56,807 bases of DNA, filler included, from Catajapyx aquilonaris (GCA_000934665.2; 2 parts of 2 records of this genome joined end to end with filler, not necessarily neighbours in it), one strand, 5' to 3'; numbered from the whole stretch's first letter, positions 39,801-52,936 are shown. Program-made: numbers and translations. The notes: generated by a model from the letters alone, not told the origin.

Positions 39801-42800
39801 TGAATGAGGTTGTTTGTTAGCTTACCATCAGACCAGCAGCCATCCACGCATCAAAGTGGAGCTCATCTTCGCCTGGGCACCCCATGCAGATATACTAGGC
39901 CACACCCTATGCATGGTGCGGGTGAAAGGAAAAACCTCACCCAAATCCTTCCCAACCAAACGAACCCATCACTTACAGCACGTTTTTATGGGAAAGTGGA
40001 GTGGTCACTCGTGTCCACTGCTCATCTGAATTTTTCCACACATGCACCTCAACGTGTTCCTTTCACTTTCAAAAAAGAGGTGCTCAGGATCCTGTCAGGC
40101 TACCCTAAAGTGGACACTCAACAAAAGGGCAGGGCTGACCCTTGACCTGCGGAAGGCGGGAAGCGACGGAGGCAAAAATCAAAGCAAAGCGGCAAGCTTT
40201 TGTTGGGGCCATTGACCCAACTAACGGGAGAGCCGGTAAGGAAATATTCTAATGGGCCGGCCCGCTCCCGGCTGACCTCTACCAGCACCCGCATTTTCGG
40301 AAGTCATCTAATAATCCATGCTTATATGGGTCCAATGACCTAACTTACAAGTCCTCCCCTCCTTTTTTTTATATATACATATTCAAATTTAGTAGCTCGA
40401 AAATAGTTCATCCAGTCAACGACCTCCATTTCTCGTCTTCAAAGATCCGATTTGGCCCTGCCTCCTACCCTGCTCTTGAACCGCTTCCAAAATAGCTTAC
40501 AAAATACCCTCCCGCGCAATTGCTCCGCGCATTATTATGCAGTGTTTATTGCCGATGGGGTGATGTCAGCTCCTATCAGGATGCTTCCACGGTTACGTGG
40601 TTCGCAGAGATAAAAAGGCCTGATACCTGTCAACGTCTCTTGACATACACCAGACGTTTGAATGAAATTACCGGGTGAGCCCTGACCCCTTGCGTCACCT
40701 GACATATCCGATAAGAAGCAACGGCTTCAAACTTTCGTTTACTGCCCACATTCAAACACTGTTAGCTTCAAGCGGTAATTGCGACACGTTGCGACACCAC
40801 CACTGGGAAATGCACTAACTGATATGAACCACCATGAAAAATACCTGCGTAAAGATAAATATGCTGAAGACTAAAACAATGCCACTCTAGAGCAGACAGG
40901 TGAATTATTATAGGCGTGACCTCCCTTTTCAGGAGAAGGTATTTTTGTTGGATGAATGCGCTGAATGCATAATGAAGTTCCATCGCTCTTCCTGGTTAGT
41001 CTCTGACAAACCAAATTATTCTTAGTGCAAGGGGAGAGAGAACGAGTAGTCAATAAAACCTGACATGACCAGAACCTATTCGAAGCCATACCGCTTCCTG
41101 TGGTGAGTGATAAACAGGTGAGTCACCCATGCACGTGACCTTGCAACCCCGCTCGATTGGCCTCTACCCGAAATTTGGGCCAGTCAATAGTCTTCTTCCT
41201 CATATCCCATTCCACCCCCGCTTCCACTCTGTCTTTATTTTTAGGCCGCACTTGGGTCTCCCCCCGATGCTTTCTCGACTGTAGGGAAAGTGCCCGTACT
41301 TGTCCATTGGCAGAGACAAACCACGTGCGCGCCAATTTACGACCTCTTCCGCGTGATTACGACTAGTGGAGCTTCATGAAAAATCCGTTCTATAGATGAC
41401 AATCATCATATTGAGGCCAATTGCCCGGCCGGCTCTGGAAGTCGCCGATGCAAAATTTACAAATTAATCCGTCCTGAATTATTCAAAAGCGCCTACTCAT
41501 TAATTCATTGGAAAGCACTGGTCAGAAAAAAGGTTCTCCCATTACGAAACTCCCCCCTCTGTAACCCTGGCGTCACGCTCATATTGACCTGGATGACATC
41601 ATCATCTCGAGTGTTAATCGAAATGTATTTAGCCCGTCCCAGCATCGCACCGAGGAATCACACCGGTGACCAACAACCATACAATGACACCCCACCATTA
41701 TGCATGCATGAGCATTTCATTTGTGGGACCGCACGTCCAATATGAACCGTGTGTCCTACTGTCACGCACGCATTGCGAGCCTTGAATGGGGGGTAAAAAA
41801 AAAAAAAAGTGCGATCGAATCCTCCTTATGATACCGCCTGTTTGCCGTGACAAACCAGCATCATTTATTCACCGGACCTTGCTCATATCTATACTCACAC
41901 ATGTCCACTTCAAGCAGACCTTGGGCTTTGAAAACTACTCGCATGCAAGATTCCCGATACGGTTAGCATACCATATACCGTCTGGTCTCAAATAGGCCCG
42001 AATTGACGGAGGGAAAGGGTTAGTGTCCTACCAGGACCTTGGCTCGTATTTTTATCCCCCTCCACGCTGCTAGAGGAAATTGCTGGGCTTGAAACACAAT
42101 ACAGACTCACCTGTGGACCTTGCAGTCATTTGACTCATGAGGGAACGTGCCCGGTTGCGTGTGTCAATATTTTTGCCTACTGGGGGTCACATATCTCGCC
42201 TCTTTTCATATTGCTGTACGACTGTTTGTGCGTCCGTTACACACACAGAAAATAAACAAAAAAAGTAACGTCAGTTACAGAAATAGCTGTATAAAAACGG
42301 GCTCCCTCCACGCATGCGCTGACTTATGTTGCTTCAAGCACTGGCGGAAACTGCCGGTTTTCTTGGCCATTTTTTTGCACATAAGTTTTGCAATTGAAAT
42401 TGACGGAGCGGGAAAAATGGCGGTGTTGCCGTTCCGCTCGCATGTCAAGGACCAATCCATCAGTAGGCTTTTATTACCAAATTAGGAGATGCGCAAGATA
42501 GATGAAGTGATGGGCAAGCGGTCGTTCGCACCCGGTGTTAGGGAGACCCCGCGACCAGACTCTCGCGTCACCCTCCGACTGTTGCAGAGTTAAGCAATGT
42601 CCGGTGTTGCCACACCCAACACATTTCGTCATCACAGGTGGCCAACTAAGTGAGACATCCGTTTCTCATATGTGCCACGCACTAGTTTCTAATAATTCCT
42701 AGACAGGTCCTGCAAAGGTCATTTTTTGGGCGAAAAACGGCCTGGGAGAAATCAATGGATGGAGTCGAAGACCTTGGGCACCCAACATGCAACCCACTTC

Positions 42801-44489
42801 TAGAGCATGGTTAATTCCTTCCAGGCTGGTTGTATATGCATGACACGGAAATCTTTTGTCGCCATCGCTCCCAATTTGACATGTCAGGAAGGTCACGTCA
42901 GGCCACCAGGAAGGGCACAACCTGGATCAGACAATGCTCTCTTCTTCTCACATGGAAGAATATTTGGTCAACAGATGTGACATTGAGGACAGTGATTTAT
43001 ACACCTGTTCTTACCTGGCCTTATATTGTAGGCTACTTTTGTTGCAAGGTCACGCCACGTGAATGTGCGGTCAGTTCCAACATTGCTAAGGGCTTATGTA
43101 ATTTTTGAGCAATAAAAAGAATCGTGTAATTAACCGTATGGTTGTAGGTTAGACTTGCATGGTAATGGCAAATAACAGCTGACTCGGGAAATTGGGCTGC
43201 ACATCCCAATGAGTAGGCCAGTGGTTAGGAGTGGGTCACACAGTCACACACAAAGTCTAAACATGAAAGCTGGTTACTCAGGCAGATATTAAACAATGTC
43301 ATATGTTCGGTGCTAATCGTATATCTCGCACTTGGGGTACTGTGTCCGTCTGATAAGTACTGCATGCGCTTGGCCCTTGAAAGAACTGGCTGCAACATTT
43401 GAAAAAGTAGAGAGCAAATTCCACTTGGTGATACCAGTTCTGAATGACGCGTAAGGTTGAATCTGCAATTACTGAGGAGAATACGCTTGTGCTGTATCAT
43501 AAGCACACAACAGTTCAAACAGAAAATGCAGCTGAATTAGCATGGTTGCTGAGAATGGCCAGCAATCAAGTTCTATTATAAGCGTGTTTTGTAACTACAG
43601 TATATGACTACCTACATACCAAGCAATTGCATATACCATGAGAAGCAAAAAAAGTGCCTGAACAGTTTCTTGCGCTGCCCTCCATAGGCAAGAGAAAGGC
43701 ATCTGGGAATTCACAGTGTCTGGGCATGTTTCATTCATTGGATGTCACTACCATTAAATAAAAGGGGGGCATTTTGGAGGCTGGTCTGTTGCCTCAATGA
43801 AAACAACAACAAACTGCCATGACAAATAGCCTCATCTTTCTGTGTTTGCAGATGCAATTAAAATAAATAACGGTGGCCTTGTGCGCACTTTTTTCCTCTT
43901 CTAATAGCACACACATTTATAAGATATGCATGAGTAATGCTTCCATTCAAGTCTCATACATCATATGAAAGTACCAATAATCACACCCTGTGCCACATGA
44001 TTTGACTTAGTGCTAGGTCTACTCCACTCTTCTTGTACACTCGTTCAAAACTTTCTAATCTCCCTTTAAATTATGAACCAGCTTAAAGTTATAAACTGAC
44101 ACCAGGAATTGCGCCCCGTAGATATTAAGATGTGAATCTCATGACACAAGCCCTACTTATCCCATTTTTAGTGCTTCCTGTAATGGAGCCAGGCTGCAAT
44201 TTTTTAAAACCCTATGTTTACAATTCAACTGCCGAGACATGGTGCACCACTACAGTTAGAGCCATAAGTGGTGCGTTCAAATGCGCTTGAGGTTATAATT
44301 GCGCATGTAAATAATGTGCTTTACTTAGCCAACCATTTGTGCACTGTGGCTGAAGGTGAAAGGCATCATGGCTCAAGTACAGCATCAAGGAACTCAAGCA
44401 TGTCCCAGACCAAAGAACCGCACTGTGAGTCCCGAGGCCAGAATTCCCCCGATTCCAGGATACCCCCAATATGCATGCAAATGACTCAC

Positions 44490-44870
44490 CTAGCGTGTGT
44501 TGGATGAGAGCCATGGTGTTGGGTGCCCCTTGTCCAGCCCTAAGGTGGTCAGGGCTTCTACCAGGTGTGTACATCGTTTACTGTAATCTGAGGGTAGGCT
44601 TGCGGGCGGAATCTTTGGCCACCCTCTACTGCAGCTGGAGCGTACAGAGTGATGTGGTACGTTACGTTAGGTATTACCGGAAAGCAGCAACACCTGGTCC
44701 GGTGGCGAGGGCTGGCCCCCACTCCGTGGCTGGGCTCGTCTTCCTCCCGAGCCTAGAGCCTGGAGGCGCTAGCTAGACGTGGTTGGTTCCAACAACTGCT
44801 GCCAACCACCCTTGCAAGGAGCGAAGGACCAACCACCGCACCGGCGGATCCACAAGGAACTGATGTACAA
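44490..44870 (-). promoter_or_regulatory. Candidate first exon/core promoter of the minus-strand klarsicht-like gene
   Basis: GC-rich island, arthropod-type initiator TCAGTT (44863-44858 on minus), strong donor TAG|GTGAGT at 44490. Confidence 0.4.
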
Positions 44871-45521
44871 CCCATGCTTCCGCCATCTATCGCTATTCCT
44901 AGTAGCCTGCTCCAGACAGATGGCGCTCATAGCAATGGCGGGAGGGTCACAAGGTGGCAAGGTGGAGCAGCATGTACAGTACTGTACTAAAAACGCAACG
45001 ATCGTCAACTTGGGCAGACAAACATGACTTTTTTTAAAAATTGAAATTGAAATTTGGATTGGGCTTGCATATCTTACAAACCCACCCCATCATGTGGTCA
45101 CACAGGATGATCACAACATTATATTGTATCTGTAATTTTAATACAAGTTATTCTGTTAAAATACACTAATTTATTTACTAAAAGCTCATTAATCTGTATT
45201 CACATGCCTGCAATCAATTTTTTTACCCAGTAAGTAAGTAATTGTTTTATTTACCTGCCGGACTCTTATGGGCCCTTGTGCAGGGAGGAAGCACTCTGTA
45301 CACCATATGACTTATTGTAACACATTATACCAGTATTTGGATTAATCAACCTTACACTTACAATGATGACATTCCGTTATAGCTAGTAATAACAAAAAGA
45401 AAAAAAAGAAGAAAGAATTTTAAAAACCAGAACGAAGGAACCGATGTTTTTTTTAAATACCTATAGCTACTGTATACGTTATATATCATTCTGCATTGTA
45501 CTGATTGTAATGAAGCCTATA

Positions 45522-45741
45522 TGTTAGGCTCAAACCCCGAAAACGGCCATTGCGCGAAAAAACCGTCCATTCTGCAGAATGATCTGTGCCAAACCATCCA
45601 TTCTGCAGAATGGACGGTTTGACATGGAGCATTCTGCAGAATGCGCCATCCATTCTGCAGAATGGATGGTTTGGCACAGATCATTCTGCAGAATGAACGG
45701 TTTTTTCGCGCAATGGCCGTTTTCGGGGTTTGAGCCTAACA
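45522..45741. mobile_element. Foldback MITE with TGT...ACA ends and 4-bp TATA duplication (Ginger-like)
   Basis: TATA|TGTTAGGCTCAAACCCCG...CGGGGTTTGAGCCTAACA|TATA; near-perfect arms; five internal CATTCTGCAGAATG palindromes. Confidence 0.8.
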
Positions 45742-46348
45742 TATACATAGGAAGCATGATTATAGATTTATAGGTATATGGAAAGAGTAAAAGAAAAATA
45801 GTAGGCTACAACTTTAGCACTGGTGGATGATCTAAATGCAGGAAAATTATAATTTTAAAACTAGGAAAACCCTCGCTCCGCTCGCATTTTCCTAGGGCGC
45901 ACAGGCCTATAAAATCACTCGTTTGCCTCGCTCTTTTCTAGGCCTGCGGCCTGGGGTACCTATTAGGCGCACCATGTCGCCGGGGGAGGGTGTAACGTTA
46001 GCCCTCCAGCAGTCTTCGAACGGCCCTATATTTAGCGAGAAGTGAGAACATGTCTGTCCTGTGTCTGTCGTTCCATAAAGGGAACTGACTCTGTAAACAA
46101 CTTCACAGTAGTGCCAACTGGGCAACACTATACAGAGAAGTAATGGACAGTTTCCCCGGCAACCCAACAGAGGCATTGCGCATAAGTATAGAACGCGAGC
46201 CAATGGGGAGATGGCGGTAACAATATGCGGCGGACCAATCAGAGGGCTCGGCCAACTCCCGCAAGGATTTTAATATTATAGCGAAGGTGCTTGATCTCAA
46301 ATTCATCCTTTCAAATTGTTTTTAAGAAAGGGCAACAGAAGAGAGGAA

Positions 46349-46351
<3 letters not shown>

Positions 46352-46398
<47 letters not shown>
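46352..46398. repeat. (GA)n microsatellite
   Basis: Uninterrupted GA run; a shorter one lies at ~24049-24068. Confidence 0.95.
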
Positions 46399-46402
<4 letters not shown>

Positions 46403-47744
46403 CCAATGATGCTAAATGCAATTGACACATCAATTGGAACTTTTCAGTGTTCATACGAGTGTATGACAATCTGCAATCTCCCAAAAATAGTCTACATGTC
46501 CTCCACGGTCAGTTGAGAAGAAGTTAGTATATTTAGCATTAGGCCTATAATATGCTATTGTAACTATTTCTTGTACAATATTAAGGTACAGTGCGTTCTT
46601 GAGAGTAGGCTACGTTGGGCTACAAGAGGACGTAAAATCGTATGACTGCGTTTTTTGGTGTGTGGGCAACTTACTCGTTTTGTACCAAAAGGAGGAGCAC
46701 ACATTGACATACAATTTAGTAAAATAACAAACCCCCAGTAGGCCTATATATAGGAAAAGTGAAAATCTGAAATAAATATGGACAGGAACAGAATGATGGG
46801 AGCTAAACTGGAATCACAGTGGAACTGGAAATATAGTGGAGACCCACACCCATGACACGTTATACGTACAATGTTGCCTAGAATATCCCTTTACCATCCA
46901 CCAAAGCGAAAGCACGTTTTTCTGCACCCTGTATAAGTCTGATGTATCCACATAGGAGGGACTCATTGGTGACACCTTGGTGACACTGGCAGTGAGGGTT
47001 TAAAACTGAGACATCGATTGGGAATGTACGTGCACCTTTTGTAATATATTGAACCAGCATGCTATCACCTGAAAACAGCATTGAATTGGCAAGTAGGCTA
47101 TGCACTTGTTGCTTCCCTCACTATATAGGAGCGACCCATCAGAGACTTCAATGCTCGTCTTACCTCGAAAAATATTTTTAGCAATAGCTTACTGAACAAA
47201 AGTAGAGATTAATCACTGGGGTGGGACCAGGAGGACAGAGGACGCGTAATCCAGTTGGTATTCCTGCATTCACACTGGAATTGCTGACTTTTGGTTGTTG
47301 GCGATTGGAATCACCAGAACTGTATAGAAGCAGCTCAACGACGCGAAGCGACGGCTAAATCAGTGTGAACCAAACTTGGAATAGCCGACCAGTGCCATTT
47401 AGAACCAGAAAATCCTCACCCCGTTTTACGGTACCGTAAGTGACTGTGACTAACAAGTGACTAATCAGTTTTCACGCCATTATTATTTTCACTTTTTCTG
47501 AAACAAGCGCCAGTAGATGGCCACATATGTGGTGCCACCTAGCAGACAGCTGGGAAAGCTCCCACACCTCGCGCTTTGTTGGGGGTAATCTCGGGGGTAA
47601 TATTCCAAGTTTGCAAACTGCGAAGATTGTTGGCACTTCATCAGATTACTTTCCCTAACAGCGACCGGCATATACTTGCGAAGGTATTAAAATATATAAA
47701 TTATTTTGAAGACAAATACATTGGCTAAGAAATGATATCATATA

Positions 47745-47947
47745 CAGGGTGTTCCGAATTCGTGGGGCGTTTTTTATAACTGATATTGCCAGGTAGTAGT
47801 TTTTTTGTAGCTTGTTGTGCCCTTAGCCGTTGGGGGCGCAACAAGCTACAAAAAATAACTACTATCGTGCGATATCAAGGATGAAAGGACAAAGGACAAA
47901 ATCAAGGATGAAAACCTCGAAAACTGTCACAAAGACTTACGGCACCG
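47745..47947. mobile_element. Degenerate mariner-type MITE
   Basis: TA|CAGGGTG left end, internal hairpin 47781-47877, decayed right end. Confidence 0.45.
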
Positions 47948-48174
47948 TACGCAATACTTTTGATAAATTCCACTGACCGCCACTGACACAGTGAATGTAA
48001 CAAGGAATGTAAGCAAAGTAAGTATAACTGCTTAAAATTAAGCAGCTTAGTGTTGAAACTGGCTAACCAATAAGATAATATATTTTAATTCCTGCCATCC
48101 CAGAGGAATTCGAGTCTCTGATTGGTCCATTGGGCACAAGTCCCGGATGAAGCAACGGAAACTTGGGACGCCTT

Positions 48175-48233
48175 CGCTACGGGGTCCACAGCGCTAGGTC
48201 CACAATGCTACGGGGTCCACAACACTACGGGGT
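48175..48233. repeat. Short tandem repeat of a ~17-bp unit (CTACGGGGTCCACA...)
   Basis: Three to four imperfect copies. Confidence 0.65.
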
Positions 48234-48891
48234 CGTCTGCGTGGGTGTGTGTGTGGGTGTGAGGGAGAGAGAGTGTGTGTGCGTTTCTGTGTGTGTTTGT
48301 CTACAAGTCGTATTCCCCGTGTATCATCAATAACTCAAACCCATCAGCTGAAATGGACCCCCAGGTTAGTCTCCTGCTTTTGCGGTACCGCTTAAGGGTC
48401 GTGCTCCTTGAAGGAAGGCAGCAGTTGCGAGTATTCGCCACGTGATGCCAAGGATGCGAAAGTTTCTCCTTTTGCCTCGTCTGCCATAAGTTGCGGGAAC
48501 AAAATGGCGATGTCCGATGGGCGGCTTGTCCGCACAAGGCCGTGTGATGCCAAGCTGAAAATAATATATTATCCTTCTCCAGGACAGGGCCTTCAGTGCA
48601 TTATGTATTATCATTAGCTCTTGGTATTATCATAGTGTGGATATAAGGCAACTCTTTTAGAGCAGAGGATATCAAACCTGAAAGCAAGGCGCAGGGCCTT
48701 CTTTTACCATAAGTAACAATAGTTTTTTTAAAGGCCCTGCGTCGTGTGACTGCATCCCACCCTAGATATTATGATTGTCACTCTCAGGCTCATCATTGAT
48801 GCATTCTTGTGGGTTGTGGTAAGGTGTCTCATAGTCATAAATATTATGCTCTCCATTGCACAAGTAACATTGAAATTAAGAATTTAATATA

Positions 48892-49432
48892 CATGGTGAT
48901 CCAACTTTATGGCCCCAAAAGTTATTGGAAAAATCGCGAAAGCTGCTACTTTTTAAGCAGCTACTTTCTGAGAGTTACTTTCTCGAGTATCTGAAATAGC
49001 ACCTGCTGATATTATAGGAAAAGTTTGTTGATTACATTTGGTTGTTAAGGGGATGGAACATGGTTACTAGGGAAATGGAACATGGTGCAGACCATCAGAA
49101 GGCCAGCTATTACTTGTTAGTTATATATCTGTTGGCAACTGTTGTTGACTTTGTTGATTCATGCCTGCTCTTCCATCATTGGTTCCATCCCATCACTCTA
49201 ACAACCACCCGTTCCATTGTTCCATTTCCCTAACAACCACGTTCCATTTCCCTAGTAATCATGCTCCATCCCCTTAACAACCAAATGTAATCAACAAACT
49301 TTTCCTGTAATATATCAGCAGGTGCTATTTCAGATACTCGAAAAAGTAACTCTTTGCAAGTAGCTGCTTAAAAAGTAGCAGCTTGCGCGATTTTTCCAAT
49401 AACTGTTGGGGCCATAAAGTTGGATCACCCTG
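48892..49432. mobile_element. Tc1/mariner-type MITE with long (~190-bp) TIRs
   Basis: TA|CATGGTGATCCAACTTTATGGCCCC...GGGGCCATAAAGTTGGATCACCCTG|TA. Confidence 0.88.
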
Positions 49433-49829
49433 TATATATTTTTTGCCTTTATTGAGGAACCTCTGTGATATGGATTAGGCAACTAGTACTGAATAAGGTT
49501 GTTCAAATAAGTTGCAGACAGGAGTAGGACACAATAAAGTTATTACTTGAAATGATAACGAAATTGGCATCATGAAAAATCAGTCAGTTTGAGCAGGACT
49601 ACATCTATATATTCTTGATGACTATGATTAATGCAAAAAGAAATTAATTACAGATGGCGCTTTCGAAATATGGCAATATATTACTCTTTGAATATGCTTT
49701 TGATAGTTGACTGTTATCACTCACCTCTTGAAAGACCAGAAGAGGCTGTGCAGGCTGAAGTTATTGTGCACTTTAGGTCTCTGCTAGGTGTATAGAATGT
49801 AATAGAATGTATGAATGCATACCATAAAT

Positions 49830-50078
49830 GAGGGGTTGAGCACACGAATAGACTAAGCGCCGAGAGGTGCGAATGGAGATAATTAAACCTAAAGTTACAA
49901 ATCCTCTATGTCCGTAATGTAAATAGTCGGCGTGTTAATTAAATTTAGACAGGTAGGAGTTGAGTTATCATATTGAAAATTAGTGCATAAAATAGAAGAT
50001 TTTATTCTACGTTTGAAACTGCTGTTCACTCAAAATCAACGATTTTGACGGTTAGTCCATTCGTGCACACAACCCCTC
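49830..50078. mobile_element. Sola-like MITE
   Basis: AAAT|GAGGGGTTG...CAACCCCTC|AAAT: GAG/CTC termini, ~30-bp imperfect TIRs, 4-bp duplication. Confidence 0.65.
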
Positions 50079-50413
50079 AAATAGAAGGAATCATTCTGAA
50101 TCGAAGAGTTCTGATGCATATTAGCTAACAAACTATGCTTGCTTTTGGTGGTGCTTAATGTGTTTTATTCAAGTTTTAATGACGAATGGGCTACTTGAAA
50201 TATCAGGCGTAATTTACCACTGCACAGTGAATGTACAGTATATTAGAGTACAAAATAATATTGTGTATGGGGTACCTATCTCTCGTGATTTAAAGTGGGA
50301 AATATGGCAAAATTGTAAAGTTCAAGTGCATATTTCTGTAACCCCAGAATAATAGGGCAAAACTGAGATGAACATCTTCATCTAACATTATTAGGAACCA
50401 TTTCCATTAAAAG

Positions 50414-50759
50414 GGGGAGGCGGAGTGGTGCTGCGGTAACGTATGCGCCCACGGATGTTAAGGTCCCGGGTTCGATCCCAACCCGGGGACACCCCCTTCA
50501 TCTCGTGCAGAGTTCAGGGTCACATCTGGCTTCGTCTCGGGTGGTATTTCCACAGACTAAACCACCCGGGGGAGTTCACTAAAAATGGCCACGTTTAAGA
50601 CATTGCACTGCACCTTGCACATCCCCTCCTGTCATCCTGCCCGTGGGCCCGGGCGCTACGTAAAAAGGCTCAAATGTACTTGATATAATAAGTAAAGGTC
50701 CGTGCTGCATACCTCGGATGAGGTCAAGCACTACCCCGGATTATTATTTCTTTTAAAAA
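50414..50759 (+). mobile_element. tRNA-derived SINE, family B
   Basis: GGGGAGG head, B box GGTTCGATCCC, 11-bp duplication TCCATTAAAAG (50403-50413 / 50760-50770); homologous to 30724-31122. Confidence 0.88.
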
Positions 50760-51013
50760 TCCATTAAAAGTGGTGGTGGAACATGGCAAAACTACATAAT
50801 TATAGGAACAGATCCTTTGAAAATAAATTAATAAGTTCATGACTTTAAATGAAGAACAGTTTCAGTGAGACAGGATAAAGTGCTGATATTAAGATCCTTC
50901 TAATCAGCTTCTAAATATATCAGCATTCCACTTTTACAGAACTGTTATTTTATTTTATTTTTGTTGGTTTCAGTTTAATTATGTTCATTCTTTATTCTAA
51001 ATAATTCTCTATA

Positions 51014-51829
51014 CCGTATTACCTCTCATAAAGCGCGTGCCAGTATAACCCAGGGGTGGCCAGCATGGCACAATAACCGAGGTAGATTTCCATAATTTTG
51101 ATCCTTTCCAAATTTTTTGGAATGCTTCTGGTACCGTACGAAAATAATGTTACAATGAAAATTGCGGAGTGTACAGGCTGTGAGAATATGCAAGTTCTGT
51201 TGCACAGTGCATATAAAAAATGTAGAGTGTGTGACCAATCCCATCGTCAGCCTGCTTTGACATGGGGACCTCCTGCTCCCCTCCCTGCCAGTGTAGGCGA
51301 GGTCGACCAGTTTTTAGAAATGCATGATGTGGTGGCTATACCGGCATGCCGGTATAAGGCGAGGTTTTCACATAAGTTACATTATCTTTTCTGAACTTGA
51401 CATTTGCCTGAAAATCGAAATTCACGTAAAGGCTATCGAAAAGGCACATTTTCCAAATAGGGTACCTGTACCAGATATTGTTTTCAATATTGCAGGTGTT
51501 TGGCAATAATCTCTATTTAAACAGTATGTTAGAGCAGGGGGTTCCCCTGTCAAAGCAGGCTGACGATGAGATTGGTCAACATTTTTTTAATGCACTGTGC
51601 AACAGAACTTACATAATTATTCTCACAGTCTGTACACTCGCCCATTTTCATTGTAACATTATTTTAGTATGGTACCAGATTACCAGAAGCATTCAAAAAA
51701 ATTAGGCAAGGATCAAAATTATGGAAATCTACCTCGGTTATTGCTGCATGCCGGCCATCCCCGGGTTATACCGGCATGCTGGTCGACCTTGTTTTATACC
51801 GGCATGCCGCAATATGAGAGGTAATACGG
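51014..51829. mobile_element. pogo/Tc2-type MITE with long inverted arms
   Basis: TA|CCGTATTACCTCTCATA...TATGAGAGGTAATACGG|TA; internal arms ~51050-51265 versus ~51540-51775. Confidence 0.85.
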
Positions 51830-51856
51830 TACATTTTAGAAACTTGCAGAGAAGCA

Positions 51857-52140
51857 GGGCGACATGGTGGCGGAGTGGTTAGCACCACAGCCTTCTACCT
51901 CTAAGGTCCCGAGTTCGATCCCCGGATCAGACAGAGGACGATGCTTAATATAATTATGTGGATAGAGTTTAAATGGGTTCTCTCCGTGTTGGTGTGGGTT
52001 TTCTCGGGGTTCTCCCGTTTCCTCCCACATTCAAAACCCATCACAGGACAGGCAAATTAATAAAGTCGATGAATGAAAAGAAGATCCCCTAAAAGGCCCA
52101 AGGAGGCCTATCACAGGGTATCCATTATTATTATTATTAT
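51857..52140 (+). mobile_element. tRNA-derived SINE, family C (V-SINE-like)
   Basis: Homologous to 31637-31900, including the 3' GGCCCAAGGAGGCCTATCACAGGGTATCC and the (ATT)n tail. Confidence 0.88.
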
Positions 52141-52149
52141 AACATAATA

Positions 52150-52883
52150 CAGGGCTATTCATAAGTCTTGACCCTATTTTAAAAATTCACCAAAAATACA
52201 CTATACAACAGATAGTTGTAATTAATATGCCAAAAGAGCGAGAAAGGATCCGAGTTTTTTTTACAGCAAACCCCTCTCGTGTTGTAGCCTTGCTGTGCCG
52301 CTAGGAGGCAGTAGTTAGAAAATGATAAATTATACATTATAAATGAACATGGAGGATTACCTCTTTCAACAAGATGGTGCTCCACCTCATTTCCATACCC
52401 AGGTGCGATGGTACTTGAACCAAAACCTACCACGACGTTGGATTGGACGCACAAGTCCCGATGGATGACGAGGTGTTAATGCGGTGGCCACCCTGGTCAC
52501 CCGATTTAACTCGCTACTTTTTCTTACTGGGATTTGTGAACGACACTGTCGTTGTGCCTCCACTCACTGCCAATGTCCAGGAACTTCGCCACCGCATCAC
52601 CATGGCTGTCACAAACTCTCAATGATTGACCTAACAAAAATTTACTCCATTTCGCCCCATACGCGAGCAAGCATGTGGCATGCTTGCTCGCGTATGGGGC
52701 AAAATGGAGTATCGGCTAGATGTGTGACGCATCTCCAGAGGAGGACACATTGAACATTTGTAATGTGTGTAAAAAAAACTCGGATCCTTTCTCGCTCCTT
52801 TGGTATATTAATTACAACTATCTGTTGTGTTGTGTATTTTTGGTGAATTTTTAAAATAGGGTCAAGACTTATGAATAGCCCTG
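52150..52883 (+). mobile_element. Internally deleted Tc1/mariner transposon with transposase remnant
   Basis: TA|CAGGGCTATTCATAAGTC...GACTTATGAATAGCCCTG|TA with ~110-bp TIRs. Internal FQQDGAPPHFHTQVRWYLNQNLPRRWIGR, then frameshifted WPPWSPDLTRYFFLLG. Confidence 0.9.
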
Positions 52884-52936
52884 TATGTAGAGAAGTCCTC
52901 TAAATGACATTTTCTGCATTTCTTATCCATTTAAGG

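Noticed and set aside
14000..45000. Conserved microRNA or box C/D snoRNA genes in the non-coding tracts
   Set aside because: A visual scan found no full match to mature sequences I remember and no convincing box pairs; an Infernal/Rfam search would be needed to exclude them.
45568..45695. Regularly spaced palindromic repeats resembling a CRISPR array
   Set aside because: The repeats are 14 bp, the spacers are short and mirror each other inside a MITE, and the context is eukaryotic with no cas genes.
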